NCBI GenBank assembly: GCA_012295275.1
Contig: CM022677.1
Location: 16,058,001-16,122,000 of the forward strand
DNA length: 64,000 nucleotides
Reading direction: 5' to 3'
From: Chrysomallon squamiferum
Taxonomy: Eukaryota > Animalia > Mollusca
A model generated the notes under the pieces. The model saw only the letters and a list, made by a program, of their open reading frames with translations, ran no database searches and was not told where the DNA came from. The translations under genes and the position numbers were made by a program. Numbering within the stretch: the first letter of the stretch is position 1; each line of letters opens with the position of its first letter. This document shows positions 14,813 to 31,090 of the stretch, in pieces.

Positions 14813-16634
14813 GCCCACATACGCGCGCGCACACACACACAGACACACACACACACGCGCGAACCAAACCACATCCACAAATAAAAAAACAAAACAAAAA
14901 TCAAAACCCTGAACTCAACACCAAAAACAGCACACAAACATCATCTACAAAGAACACGGACCCGTTTTTCTTACATCGAAGTTATTACAAACCTGTCATC
15001 AAGTTGTGACCCATCCATTAACTTGTCGGCTTATTTCGACATTTTCCGTTCGCTAATCTCCGGCAGTTGTGAAGTAATTGGATCAGATTCAGCCAGGCGA
15101 GCGTGGACAAAAGATCAGAAGGAAAAATCAGCTGCTTTAAAAACTTCTCTGTCAGAAAGTGTCGAGCGTGAGTCGTTAATTTCTGACTCTGTCATAATCA
15201 AGGGCGGTAATTTTGTCCATTTCTTTTTTTTTTTTTATTTTATTTTTTTTATTTTATTCTTTTGTTATTGTTTAGTAATCTGCGTTGTGTTTTGTTTGTG
15301 TTTTCAGTCGTGAATAGTATTTTATTTTTATATTTATTTATTTTTTTTTTTTTTTTTTTTTTTTTTATTTGGAACAGCTCTAATGTTCTTGTATTTATTA
15401 ATTAATTTTTATTATTATTATTTTTATATTTTTTATTTTTACGTTTTTTTTTTCTTCAATGACGATTAGAAAGTGGATTCGATTTAGCGTTTCTGTGTTC
15501 TTTTTTTTTTTCTTTCTATCTTTTATGAGTTTCATTCTTTCATGCTTTCTTTATTATTTTCATTCTCGTTTGTTTTCTTTATTTCTTATTTTCATTCATT
15601 CATTCAGCTACTCAAACATTTTCTTTTTCTTTTCCTTGTTTCTGTATTTCATTCTGTTCTGTTTGTTTTTTCTTTCTCTTTTAATTTCTTACATTTTTCC
15701 CTTGTATTTTTTGTTTTTTTTTCTTTATTTCATTTGTGCATATTTTAATTTTTTTTTTTTTCTTTTAGCCTTTCTTTCTTATTTTCTATTGTTCATTCAT
15801 ACAATTTTCTTCACTATTTCTTACTTTTTTTTCCTTTCAGTCATATTTATTAATCACTGACGTCATCGGTAAAGGAAAAAATAACATTTTTGACTAGAGA
15901 GTAAGAACAGTTACAATTATAACAATAATAAACAAATTTTTATAAACCGCAGACCTTTTTTTTGAAAACACCATCCTCTTCACATCCTAGAAATTCGTAA
16001 CCATAAGCAACGCCTCGTTCTCGTAAAACAGAAACGAGACTGCAGTAAACTTCACCTTGCAGACGCTCAGAATGTACATCGTCTGATAAAGCAGACGATA
16101 ACTCTGCAGAACTGAACGAAACATAATTACAAAAAAAAAAAAAAAAAAAAATCCCAGTCTCTTCTGTGAACAGAATCACCATTAAAACAGTCTTATTCGT
16201 ACACCGATTTGAACAAGAAACAAAATATAAACTTTCCCCTTTTTTTTTTTTTTGGTTATCGTTCATCGTCAGACAGGGAATTCAGTTCGACAGTGAGTTT
16301 AATATTCACATCTCCTGCTGGAAGAATGACTCGGGGAAAAGTGTCAAAGCTTGCTGATCGTTGTAAGGGTGTAACTGGTGCAGAGAGGTTGGCGTTTGTC
16401 TTGTGTTTTATTTCGTTTTAATTTGATTAAGGTCGGTTGATGTGTTCGAGATTAAAGAGTTCGTTCGATGTTTGGAGGTTTGATTAAGGTTTATGCATAG
16501 CGATGATGTTTGACATGTTATTTTTTTGTGTGTGTTTTTTGGGGTGTTTTGGTTAATTAATTAATTAATTTGTTTGTTTATTTATTTTTTATTATTTGTT
16601 ATTGTTATTATCGTTGTTATTACATTATTATTAC

Positions 16635-16694
<60 letters not shown>

Positions 16695-16712
16695 CATCAT
16701 CATTGTTAGTAC

Positions 16713-16766
<54 letters not shown>

Positions 16767-16816
16767 AAAGGCTTTTTTCCGTCGAATATTCATCTGTAGA
16801 TCGCACAGCCATTGAC

Positions 16817-17130
16817 AGTTTTAATATAATAAAACTTTTACGAGAGAAAATACTTGATACCGCCATCCTGTTTACTAACACTACGGCTGCAGCTACTATT
16901 ACTACTACAACAACAACGACTACTACTACCACCACTATTAGTGTTACTACTGCTACTACTGTTTCTTCAAGTTTTAATATAATAACACTTTTACGAGAGA
17001 AAATACTTGAAGCTGCCATTCTCTTTACTAAGATTCAATCCTACAGCTGCTACCGTTAACACTACGGCTGCAACAACTACTACTACTACAACTACTACTA
17101 CTACTACAATCACTATTACTGCTACTACTG
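16817..17130. repeat. ~153-bp local tandem duplication
   Basis: GTTTTAATATAATAA.ACTTTTACGAGAGAAAATACTTGA...AACACTACGGCTGCA occurs at 16818 and 16971. Confidence 0.85.
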
Positions 17131-17426
17131 CTACCACTGTTATTACTATTACTACTAATATTACCTTTATAAACTACTACTTCTATGACTACTACTACTT
17201 CTACTACTACTACTTCTACTACTTCTACTACTACTACTACTTCTACTTACTTCTACTACTACTACTGCTTCTACTACTACTACTACCTCTACTTCTACTT
17301 ACTTCTACTACTATTACTACTTTTACTACTAAAACTAATACTGCCACCAGTACACCTTCTAATTCGCCTACTAACACTACTGTTACATTAATTACGATGT
17401 GTGTGTGTGTCTGTGTGTGTGTGTGT

Positions 17427-17481
<55 letters not shown>

Positions 17482-18188
17482 TAAACTTGTTAGAAAAAAC
17501 TAAATGGGAAATTAGGTCTGTGATCAGTCATTTGATTTGAAATAAACCCCTTCTCTCTGTACTTAATGGTGTTTATAATATCAAACCTTACAACCAGTCT
17601 CCTAACAGTGAACAATAAATATCATATTACACAAGTACCGTCCATTATTATCATGATTGTAAACTGAGATAGCCTTTTCATAGCAGCTCTGATATCTATT
17701 TTCATTATTTTTTTTTTTTCATTTTTTTTTTTTTTGCTTTTAGGTGTTTAATATTCCCTTTGTTAAGCTTTATATTGATATTTAAGTCAAATATGGTGAG
17801 AACGAAATATTTTGAAACAGGCTGAATTTTGTTATTATTTATGGAAATTATGTCTATATAGATGTCATTATTTGGAATGAAAGTAATTAAAAAACAAAAA
17901 AAGAAAAGAAAAAAGAATGAAAGGTTTTTGTCCAGATCAAATTGTTGAAGACAGACAAAAAAAAAAAAAAAAAAAAGAGCGAGGGAAAATAAACAAACAA
18001 ACAAAAAAAACAAAACACTTCCAAAACTACAACACTAAAATAATAATAGTAACAACAACAACAACAACAATAATAATAATAATAATGATGATGATCATCA
18101 TGATGATGATGATGATAATAATAATAATAATAATGATGATGATGATAATAATAATAAAAAGAAAAAGAACAAAGAGAAAATATATGAA

Positions 18189-18253
<65 letters not shown>

Positions 18254-18770
18254 AAACAAAGCAAAATCTTGTAAAACATCATGATAAAACTATATTTTGC
18301 TTTGAAATTCATCTAGCCGGATTTAGAATCAAGTTAGCCACAATTTTGCATGGAGTGCGCATTGTCATTTATAATTAACTTCACTAATAATCTTTACTTA
18401 TCTCCCTTTAGTAACCTTTATCGATGACGTCAACAATACTATTACGTACAAACGTCGGTACAATGATACTTTCAGCTCTGTAAACAAGTCTTTTTATTTA
18501 CTTTCGAAGGAAAGTGAAATTTATTTTTAACTTTTTGGTAAGTTTTTAATTTATTTATTTATTTTATTATGTTGATATTTATTTTAAAACTTATCCAGTT
18601 TGTTCAGTTATTTCAGGTTATTTCATATTTCAGACATTTTAAATATCTCTTCGCTTTCTTCTTCTACTTTTTTTTCTTTTCTCTCTCGTTCTTTCTTTCT
18701 TTTTTCTCCCTTCTTTCTTTCTTTTTAAATTTTTTTTTTTTTTTGTATTCTTGTTGTCGTTGTTATTGCA

Positions 18771-18811
<41 letters not shown>

Positions 18812-19349
18812 TATTGTTATTACTAATATTATTATTATTATTATTATTATTGTTATTATTGTTGTTGTTATTATTATTATTATTACTGCTGTTCTTCTTC
18901 TTCTTACTGTTTGTGTTATTAATATTATTGTTATTATTTTCATTATTATTGTTCTCGTTATTATTATCATCAGTAAAATGATGATGACGATAATGATAAT
19001 AATAAAAACAGTGATAACCACATCACCATGACAACAACAGTACAGACAAATGTATAATTCTTTTCTGTAATTGGACTATTAGCATGCATTACACGTTCCT
19101 AAGTAGTTAGTAGTCTGGACGAGTGGGCGAGTGGGCGAGCAGGCGGAACAGACAAGGTAAATGTCACTGGAAATGTCTGGTACACGAAAGTCATTTGTAT
19201 GTTATTAGTATTATTAGCTGTCATGTTGTCATCAGGGACGTCATCGTTTTGTTGTTGCTGTCGATGTAGTCAGTATCATTATTTTACTGAAGTTGATTCT
19301 GTTTTTGCAGCAGTAGTGGTAATTAAATTATTATTATTATTATTATTAT

Positions 19350-19389
<40 letters not shown>

Positions 19390-19475
19390 TGTAGTAGTAG
19401 TAGAATGGTGGTGGATGTTGTTGTTGTAAATATTATATGTATTAAGTTTTGTCTTATTAAGTTTTGCGAGCGCAA

Positions 19476-19607
<132 letters not shown>

Positions 19608-20137
19608 AAGAGAGAGTAGAGAGAGTAGACAGCGACGAAGAATGCATGAGTGATCGAGAAAAAGAGAGACAGCAAGACAGAGAAACATTAAGAAAGATCG
19701 ATAGAGAGAGACACACAGAGACATATTCACTCTCTATAACATCATTACCTCAATTAAGTTTAAGCAGCAAATCAAAGGATAACACTTTTCGCAATATTCA
19801 AGTCACTCTTCGCTTTCTGATCTTAACAGCTGTAACCAGCGACTGCAGATCACTCGGAAAATTCACATGGGAAAATTTCACTTGAACTCTACATTAGCAT
19901 ATAGATACGACTCCGTTATTGTTGCCGGCCTTTTGCCTCTTGTCTATGACGTGTCGTCATACGATTATCATTCGTATGACGTCTGTGTCGTCATAAATAC
20001 GTGTCGAAAATACCGCCGTGTCGCTCTGGCAACATGCGAAGTGAAACGAAACTCTGTAAGTTCTGTCAGCATTTGGGCATAAATATGTATATGTATCTTT
20101 ATCTGTTTTTCTATCTGTCTGTCTGTCTGTCTATCTA

Positions 20138-20195
<58 letters not shown>

Positions 20196-20340
20196 GATCT
20201 ATCTATCTTATCTATCTATCTATCTATCGATCTATCTATCTTATCTATCTATCTATCTATCTATCTAACTATTTATCTATCGATCTATCTTATCTATCTA
20301 TCTATCTACCTACCTATCTATCTATCTATCGATCTCTCTA

Positions 20341-20383
<43 letters not shown>

Positions 20384-20684
20384 CTTTCTCTCTATCAATC
20401 TATCTCTCTCTATCTCTCTCAATCTGTCTATCTATCTATCTATCTATCTGTCTGTCTCTTTCTCTCTATCTCTCTCCATCTGTCTATCTATCTGTCTGTC
20501 TGTCTGTCTGTCAGTCTGCCTGTCTGTCTATCTGTATGTACGTGTATGTTATCTTTATGACTAGAAGCAGAAATGCACACAGTAACTGCCAAAAGCAATA
20601 AAACGTCTACAGCCAAATATACGTAACTGAATATGTGCATATATAAATATTTATTCTTTCCGTTTCCAAATAAACATTTACATA

Positions 20685-20747
<63 letters not shown>

Positions 20748-20808
20748 AGAAAGAGAGAGAGATCCATAAGAGCGGTAACAATTATCATTGATTGAAATAA
20801 CAGACACA

Positions 20809-20860
<52 letters not shown>

Positions 20861-21113
20861 TATACACAAACACACACGCACCAGTACAAATACATACATT
20901 ATATACAGGCAACACACACACACACACATATACACAAACACACACACACACACATATACAAAATTCTTTTGACTCTACTAAAAAATTCTGTCTGTATATA
21001 TTTCACACAAAACACATATGTACACACCCAAACATCTTATACATACTCATATATTTTTGCTACATACACTCTCTGTGTTACAGACTACATCCACGAACAC
21101 ACACTCACATACA

Positions 21114-21154
<41 letters not shown>

Positions 21155-21296
21155 CACACACATAAACACACATGATCACCATATATCTCTTTCTGACACC
21201 CGCAGTCATATACATCACAGACCAATGACACACACACAGTGAACCACTCTCTCTCTCTCACAGTCTCTCTGTCTGTTTTCTCTTTCTCTACTACAG

Positions 21297-21653
21297 GACA
21301 AGCATAGGAAGATAGGAGATTCTATTTGATTTGTTGGAGCGACGTACCAAACAAAACCCGTCAGCAGGATGAAAACAGGAGTTACCAATACCGACTCGCT
21401 GTCAACTCTCGACTCTCGCCGACCAACCAACACTGCACAGTAAGTCACGACAAGCATGGGATAGTATCGAACTGAAACATAAACCTGCGCTAGGATTCAC
21501 ACACACACACACACACAGAGAGAAAACGAAAAAAAAAAAAGAACAAAACCCACCACGACAATGCAGGACTACGGAAATAAACGCATTTGTCATCACAACT
21601 ACTCGGATTAACTTCGGGAGGCTTCGTATTTATATATATTTTTTTTCTCCGTC
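21297..21653 (+). other. Putative 5' UTR part of coding exon 1, with three uORFs
   Basis: Long pyrimidine tract ending ...CTACTACAG (AG at 21295-21296) suggests an acceptor. Upstream ATGs at 21369, 21456 and 21561. The tract could instead be promoter-proximal sequence. Confidence 0.45.
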
Positions 21654-21957
21654 ATGTCTTCTTCGGTTTTTTATCTCGTGTCTTTGGGTGTCTTCTTCTT
21701 CTTTGGGTGTTTTCCACCTTTGTTCCAAGCCGCCGCACCCCCCAAGAGGAGTTCTGCCGCCGTCATTGCGTTGTTGCTACCGGAGAACGACACGAGGTTG
21801 TTTTCGCTGAAGAGGGTCTCGCCGGCGTTGCTCATCGGGATGGAGGAGGTTGTGAGACGGAGGATTTTACCGCAACACGAACTCGTGATGAAGCTGGCGG
21901 ACTCCAACTGCTCCATAGCGGACGCTATGAACAAAGCGATCATGTTTTACGCGAACG
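21654..21957 (+). CDS. NPR-like / receptor guanylyl cyclase family protein, coding exon 1 (signal peptide and start of ANF_receptor domain)
   Basis: MSSSVFYLVSLGVFFFFGCFPPLFQA is a hydrophobic signal peptide, followed by family-typical VIALLLP..RLFSLKRVSPALLIGME..LADSNCS..AMNKAI. There is an in-frame stop upstream (21609-21611) and a perfect GTAAGT donor at 21958, phase 1. Confidence 0.9.
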
Positions 21958-22136
21958 GTAAGTGTTAGACGTGTGTGTGTGCGGTTTTAAACTGGGGTTG
22001 TTTACTAATTTCTTTATATCCTGCGTGCGTGTTCTTAGAAAACAGATGTACAGACGTAGTGACGTACTCAAGCACATTCACATACATATATATAATTTTA
22101 TAATTATATTGTTTTTTATATCTATCTATCAATCTG

Positions 22137-22229
<93 letters not shown>

Positions 22230-22474
22230 ATATATCATTTTAGTGTTTCATATATATATATACATACACCCATATATAGATAAACACATGTACATAAAAC
22301 GAACACACATAAACACACACATACACACATATATAGAGATAGATAGATAGATATATTTATATATAAACACATATATAAATACATAAATACATACATGCAT
22401 ACACACACTTATTTATATATTATACACACACATACTGTTGCGTGTCCCCATTCATATAATATATATATATATTT

Positions 22475-22511
<37 letters not shown>

Positions 22512-23222
22512 GACATACATACATACATACAAAGATTGCTGTACTAATTCATAAATCTTAACAGTAATTTAAATGCTAATCTTTCTCAATTAACTTTCGC
22601 TTTCATTTTCTATTTTCGCTCTGTTTCTTATCTTTATCTGTTTTTATTTGTCTTGTGCATAATTCCGTCGTATCTGATTCTGTTATATGTGATTTTACTT
22701 GCGTCTGTGTATCTTAGGTAATCTTTGTTTATGTAATGTTCTGTTATCTGTTTATCTCTTTTTTATGTAGTTTTTCGCTATCCCTTTTTATTTGTTTATG
22801 TAAATTGAGTGTTGATTTTTTTTTTCTTTAATTTCCTGATATCTGCATATCTTTGTTTTATATAATATTCTGTTATCTCTTTAATTTTGTTTATATGTTT
22901 TCACTGTATCCGATTATCTTTGTTTATTTAATTTTCCGATATCTTTTTTTTTATCTTTCTTTATGGAATTTTCCGATCTTTGTAACCTTTGTTTATGTAA
23001 CCATCATGTGTCTGTACCATTTGTTTATGTAGTTTTCAAGCATCATTTTATTTTTCAAAGTGGATGACTGATTTAATTTTTCCTTCATAACTTCTCTTCA
23101 GTGAAAGATTAGGTTGTATATGCAGTTTGAAGCGGACATTTTTTTTAATAATATACTCATTCACTGGCTCACCGTTTTACTCACTCTCTCACTCACATAC
23201 TCACACTCACCTCACACTCACT

Positions 23223-23277
<55 letters not shown>

Positions 23278-23548
23278 CCTCCGTCTCTCTTTCTACTACC
23301 AAATTTCCCTATCATAGCAGTCTCCCTATATCATACAAACCCCCATTCTTTCGCTAATGAACATTTAGACTGATTTATTCACTTCATCGCTCCCTCTTCC
23401 ATTTTCATTTTATTTATTAACTCTCCCACAACAGTCAGCTCTCCATATGTCTTTGACCCCATTCCTCTTACATTCTTTACTACTTCACTTATTAACTTCC
23501 ACCCTCATTTATTTACGATCCTCTCTCTCTTTCTGTATTTCTCTCTCC

Positions 23549-23648
<100 letters not shown>

Positions 23649-24809
23649 CTCTCTCTGTTTCATCTCTCTCCTCTCAATCACTTTCACTTTTCCACTTCCT
23701 TCTTCTCTAACCGATTTCACCATTCTCTCATTCCACTACCTCCCTTCTTCACTCGTTCGTCATTCACTCCGTCCTTCTCTCATTCATTCGTATCCAACGT
23801 CCAAAAAAAATCTACATCAGACACAATGGATATTAATCTCACACAGACCCGAGTCTTCTATTAATATAAGTCTGAAGAAAAAAAAAAAGAATATTAAGAA
23901 AAGGCCCAGAGAGAAAAAACCATACCAAGATGAGAATATTTTGTCGAAGAAAATCGACGCAAGAATCAATGTGCGACAGCCGTTTCGGTTCCACCAGGAT
24001 TATACGGCTCCCGTAACAATAGCCAATGGAGCGAAAATAGACGAAATCGCTCAAGTCGCCACTCGAAGAAGCCGGCTTACGGCCACTTACACATGCAGTG
24101 ATGTAACAAGGAAGAACGCCATTTAAAGCTGTAACACGTTTCTCTTCACTGCGGTGCCAAAAAAAAAAAAAAAAAAAAAAAAAAAATAATAATAATAATA
24201 ATAAAAATAATAAAAATAACAAAATTAAATTAAATAATATAAATAAAAATAAATAAATAAATAACATTAATAAAAAAAAAATAAAATAATAAAAGAAATA
24301 AAAATGAAAAAAGAAAAAAAAGAAAAACATTTATCCATTCATATTCACAGTGTAAATTCGTTCGTTTTAACACTCAGCTATTTCTTTTTTTTTTTTTTTT
24401 TTTATCATGTATCCGTCCGTTTGTACGTTCACCAATCTGTCAGTTAATCAGTTCGTTCGTTCTTATGTGTCACTTTTGTAATAAACCTCTCCACTTATTC
24501 ATCATTCGTCCGTACAGCTGTCCTTTCCTCCATCCATTCGTCCGTCTGTCCATCTATCAGCGTATCCATCCTTCTCTCTTTCAGTACCAACTCATCCATT
24601 CACTACTCATCGTCTGTCGCTTATCTTCATGTCTTCCCAGCTTCCATCTCTTTGTTCATCCAGATATCAACACATCTGTCTGTCTGTGAAGTCTTTTTAC
24701 CTTCCTATCCGTCTATATCTATTCATTCATCTATTCATCCATTTTTCAGTCCATCCAGTAAACCATTCAGCCATCCATCATTCATCAAATCTACCCATCT
24801 GTATCCATC

Positions 24810-24831
24810 CATCTATGTATCCATCTATCTA

Positions 24832-24908
<77 letters not shown>

Positions 24909-24923
24909 GTCTATGTATCTATA

Positions 24924-24981
<58 letters not shown>

Positions 24982-24998
24982 ATCTATCTGTCTATATG

Positions 24999-25058
<60 letters not shown>

Positions 25059-25258
25059 ATCTATCTTTCTATCTAATCTATCTATCTATCTCTATCTATC
25101 TCTCTCTATATATATCTAATCTATCTGTCTATATGTCTATCTATCTATCTATCTATCTATCTCCATCTATCTATCTATCTATCTATCTATCTAATCTATC
25201 TATCTATCTAATCTATCTCTATCTATCTATCTATCTATCTAATCTATCTATCTATCTG

Positions 25259-25295
<37 letters not shown>

Positions 25296-25356
25296 TTATG
25301 TATCTATCTATCTATCTATCTAATCTATCTATCTATCTATCTAATCTATCTATCTA

Positions 25357-25405
<49 letters not shown>

Positions 25406-25422
25406 ATCTATCTATCTATCTG

Positions 25423-25457
<35 letters not shown>

Positions 25458-25470
25458 GTCTATCTGTGTG
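24810..25470. repeat. (TCTA)n / GATA-type tetranucleotide satellite
   Basis: ~650 bp of TCTA variants. Similar tracts occur at ~20110-20535, 32800-33190 and 46470-46860. Confidence 0.95.
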
Positions 25471-28400
25471 CCCATCCATCCATCCATCCATCCATCCATA
25501 CACAAAATAATGAATATGTAACAAAGAAATATATGTTACACATATATATATAAATAACATCTCTATCTCTGTACTCATTCCCTGTATAAATATTTTAACA
25601 CTTCATTAATACAGGATAAGCCGTTCTGTAAAATATATGAAACAGCCATTCATTTGATATCATATTTATTCTCCGAGATGAATTACTTCGATATGTCTCG
25701 AGACAGGTAATCTCCTGGGATGAAAACTCAATATACACCGGCTGAGATTCAATATAGCACTGATAATGGTACGTGTAAAAATATCATTAACGTCTGGAAA
25801 TATTCTTTGATGAAAAGGGGAAGAAAGGAAAACGGATTCAATCTTCATAATTAAGACTGTGTATATATATGATTATTATATATATATATATACATATTTA
25901 TATTTATACATATATAGATACATACATACGTACAATGTTCAGAATTAAACTATTTTATGTCTAATATACTTACAGACTCATCGTATTACTACTATTATCA
26001 TCACTACGATCAATAATAATAATAACAGTAGTAATAATAATAATAATAATAGTAATAGTAGTAGTAGTAATAATAATGATAGTAATAGTAATAGTAGTAG
26101 TAATAATAATAATAATAGTAATAGTAATAATAATAATAATAGTAATAGATATAGTAGTAGTAATAATAATAATAATAATAGCAATATTGTTATTCATTTC
26201 AGTGTCTTTTGGGGTCATTATATGTTTATAACGGTGATGGTACTACTAAAACTCAAATATTACTGCCACTGCTGCTACCACTATAAACACTACTACTACG
26301 TCTGCACTGCTATTACTTGTACTACTACTGCTACTACTACTTCCATTATTACTACCAACATTAATACAAGCAGAACTACTACTATTGCTACTGCAATTAC
26401 TACTATTTCTTCTAGCACTACGCTACTACTAAAACTATTACTATCGCTATGATCACTATTGAAATTACCATTCTTCTATTACCATTACTCTTTCTCGTAT
26501 TAATACTACAAATAATACAAGGCACCATCAACAACAACAAAAAACAAAAACAAAAACAAGAACCCTTAAACTAACGATAACTACGAGGATATTAATAACA
26601 ATGATTACAGCGCTTTTCATTTTCGCTTTCTTTTTATTTTACCCCAGCAAATGAAACGAAATAATTTGTATTCTCGGAAATGAAGAAATGACATATGAAA
26701 ATCTGCAAACTTTACGACTCCAGCGTCTCTGGGTTGCTGGATATAACATCGCTCGTTTCTGCTCGCTCTGGGAGTTTTATTATGGGCATTAAAATTGTAT
26801 TATTTCATTATTAGCTCGCCGTTATTGTATTTCGTAACGAGTTTGTGTGTGTGACACTGTATTGGGTTTCCAGGTCTCAGTTTTCAGGGCTGGTGATGTG
26901 AAGTTCCGTGAAAGTGGATGAATTTATTTCTGTTGTCGTTGGTTTGTTTGTTTGTTACTGTGTTTGATTCTGTTGTTGTTTTTTTTTTTTTTTTTTTTTT
27001 GCTGTTTTGTTGTTTGATAGATAATTTAATGTTAATTTTTTTTATTTATTTATTTATTTTTTATTGTTTATTTGTGTGTTTCTTTTACTGTTCGATTGTT
27101 TTTTTCTTTTGGTTTAAATTGTTTGATTGTTTGTTTTTTAGTTTTTTTTTTTTTTGCTATCTTTTTTTTTTGATTTTTTTGTTTTTTTTTTTGTTTGTTT
27201 TGTTTGATTCTTTCTTTTTTTTTTTATTTTCTTTTTCTTTTGTATTTTTTATTATTTTTTTCTTTTGTTTTTGTTTCTTTATTGTTTGCTTCTGTAATCT
27301 TTTTATTTAATTTATTGGTTTTGTTTCTATTATTATTTTCCTTTTTATTATTATTATTATTATTTGACTAATTTATTTTATTTGGTTTGATTTATTTATT
27401 AATTTTTATTTTATCTTTATCATCATCATCATCATCATCATTGCATTATTATTTACAACAGTTATTTATTATAGACTATTATACAACACCAATAACTATT
27501 TACTATTCTACTGCTGCTACTACTAAAGTACTACCATTACTATTCCACTACTAATCTGCTTCTACTGTTGATATTACTACTACTACTACTACTACTGCTA
27601 CTACTAAATCTACCACCAATCATCACCTGCCAAATGTTTTGCCATTACTGCAAAGTATTCTACTGCTACTACATATTACTATTATCAGTAAAACCACCAT
27701 CTTCACTTTAATTTAAACCATAAAACCATGTTATACCGTTATTTAAAATCGTTTTGTGTGAAAGCGCCTTTACCTGCTGTTGACTAATCTGGGTATTGGT
27801 CAATGGAGAAATGAACAGAAAACTGACGTAAAAAACTGTTTTTATGATCTCGCGCTTCTCAAATCAATGCGTCGCCATTTTCCTTTAGCAGTTCACTGAT
27901 TCCGGCCGTCAAAACGATGAATATGTTCAAGTGATCGTTCGTGGCTTTTGTGACGTCGCTGACGCTGCCGAAAATTGGCTCCGTTCGGCAACAGACGCAT
28001 GCATATTTCAGCGGAAAATGTTGTCGTCGTTCATTTACATCATATTACTACTACTGCTACTACTAGTGATACTAGTACTACTGCTACTCCTACGATTACT
28101 ACCAATATTCCTACTACTACTACTACTACTACTGATACTGATACTATTACTACTGCCACTACTACGATTAGTACTAGTATTCCTACTACTACTACTACTA
28201 CTACTATTATTACTACTGCTACTTACTACTACTACTACTGCTGCTGCTACTAATCTACTGTTTCTACCAATACTACTATTACTACTACTATTGATATAAC
28301 TACTACAAATACTACAATTAATATATGACTACTATTAATATACAGTCGCTGTTGTTTCTCTTACATAACAAATGGGTATTTTATTTATTGTTGTTCTTTA

Positions 28401-28534
28401 TCTACTGTGATTAGGACTAATATTTCTTCTTCATCATCGACATTATCGTTATCATCATCTACTTGTGTTAGCTTTGTCTGTTCTTGTATTGTGAATTGTC
28501 ACTTTGTTACTAAAGAACAGTTAGAAATAGAGGG

Positions 28535-28623
<89 letters not shown>

Positions 28624-28842
28624 AGAGAGATAGAGACAGAGAGAAAGATAGACAGAGAGAAAGAGAGAATGAAAGAAAGACAGAGAGAGATAGACAGAAA
28701 TATACATAGGCAGAGAGAGAAAAATAGAGCTAGACAAAGACAGAAAGGTAAAGACAGACAAATAGAGAGAGAGAGAGAGAGAGAGAATGACAGACACAGG
28801 AACGGAAACAGAAATCTGTAAAACATTTTCATTTCTTTCTGT

Positions 28843-29060
28843 AAAATATTTATTTCTTAGATATTACGACGTCTGATTACTGTATTCAGTTGTCTGTATC
28901 GCCTCACCCTAACGACTCTTTTCTAATACTTCCAGTCATTGTTTTAACCCTCTAGGGCTATCAAATGATTCCTTTAATCATAGCCTGAGTGTAAAACTAG
29001 ATCTTTAATTAAATATAGCGTGCAAATTTTTACATGATGGTTGACAGTTGAGTCGCTGTT
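28843..29060 (-). mobile_element. Young non-autonomous interspersed repeat, copy 2
   Basis: Reverse complement of 14407-14624 at 211/218 identity. Confidence 0.85.
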
Positions 29061-29194
29061 TAACAAAAAATTCAAATATATAATTTAAACTGATTGTCAA
29101 TAATAGCCTAAGGTATGGGTGTGTGTGTATATGAGTGTGTGTTTCTGTGTGTGTGTGCGTAAATTTTGTGTGATGATAAATGTAAGTATGTATG

Positions 29195-29232
<38 letters not shown>

Positions 29233-29299
29233 TGTATGTCTTTTTGTCTTTATGTACGTATGCATGAGCAAATATGTTGTCTTTGTTTAGGTTATTTCA

Positions 29300-29340
<41 letters not shown>

Positions 29341-30963
29341 TGCGCGCGCACCTTTGCGTTTGTTTGTGTGTGTTCATCTTTTTACTAGTCAAAAATTTTA
29401 TCTTTCTGTGACACATCTTCTAGAATCCATGAAAAAAAAAGTTCTGATAAAATTTTGAATAATACAGATCCCGTCGTCTGTATTTGATCCCAGTGTCTAC
29501 CGTCTTATGCCTTTATACTTAACCACAGCGCCTCAGAGCCTGGCTGGAAAATAACACTCAAGACAACGTAGGTTTCAATACTGACACTGTAATCTTCTGT
29601 TTGATTTTCTTTTGCCGAGAGCGTTTGCTTGTTATTTTCCTTAACAACCTACAATGACGAATATTTAGCTTGCATTGTGTGTTTGACACGTAATATCCGG
29701 CCCGCTTCATGATGTTGTTGTTAGTCAACGACTTGACGTATTTGTGCGCGAAAGGAAAACGCGAAGGATATGACAGTGACGTGATGGAAAGGAGTAACGA
29801 ACACGTGACGACTTGTTTGTGTGATTTTTTACACTAAGCGTGATGGAAATGTTTGTATGTTTGAGATGGTTTGGGGTTTTGTGTTAGCAAAAAGGAGAAG
29901 TTATTTTATTTTTTGTTTATTTTCGTTTATTTTTTAACGTTTTTTTAAAAAGAAATTCTTTTTTTTTGAAAATTTTATCTTTCCTTCTTTCTTCGTTCTT
30001 TCTTTTGTTTTTCTTCACACTGTTGCCTAATTCTTCTTTGATTTTTTTTTTTTCCTCAGGATTTTTTCTTTTTTTCAATACGTTACTTTTTTTTACAGGT
30101 CTTTTCAAAACAAAACAAAACAAACAAAATTTAAAAAATAAATCTTTTTAACTTTCTAATACGTTATTTTTGAAAGTCTTTATTTTTGTTGTTTTTGTTT
30201 TCTAACATTTTTTTTTCTTTATTTCATTCTTACTTTCTTCTCCTTCTTCTCTTTATTTCTTTTTTTCCCCTTCTGTTTCGTTTCTATTCTCGTTTTCTAT
30301 TTTCTCTCGCATTTATTTCATTCAATTTATCTTCCATGGTTTGCATGTAGGAAGACATTATCAAACACAACAGCATCAACAACAAAACTAAGACGAAAAC
30401 AACAACAACAACAAAAACAACTAATATACAGTGAATATAATAAATGCAATCCAAACTTAATTAATCTGTATTGAAAAAGCAGTATGTAACTTCACCTTAA
30501 TATTACTTTTGTGTTAGATTTCATATGCCCTGTGTGATTTTTATTATTCCGTATTTCTAACGGAAGATTCAGAATAGCCGCGTTTACTGAGGTATTATAC
30601 AGAAAATAATCTTAGCTCCAGGTATTAAAAAAACAAAACAAAAACATAATAGGATTAGTTGTTGGCATAACAATATTAGATTAATTAATTGCTTTGTCGA
30701 ACACTAATCAGTTGTGTGTTTGTAACACATGAATACTTTTTTTTAAATTATAATTGTTTATGTTATATATTTTTTTTATTAGTGTTTTTATTTTTAATTA
30801 AATAGATAGACAGACAGACAGACAGATAGAGAGGTACATTATATAGACAGACAGGTGGATAAATATGCAGGCAGACATTTAGGTTGTGTAAATGGATAGA
30901 GAAATAAACATATGTAGATTGATATTGTATGTATGTATGTATAAGAAAGAGAGAGAGAGAGAG

Positions 30964-31090
<127 letters not shown>

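Noticed and set aside
21671-21943. 90-aa minus-strand ORF, and the overlapping + ORF 21587-21961
   Set aside because: Shadow frames of GC-rich coding exon 1.
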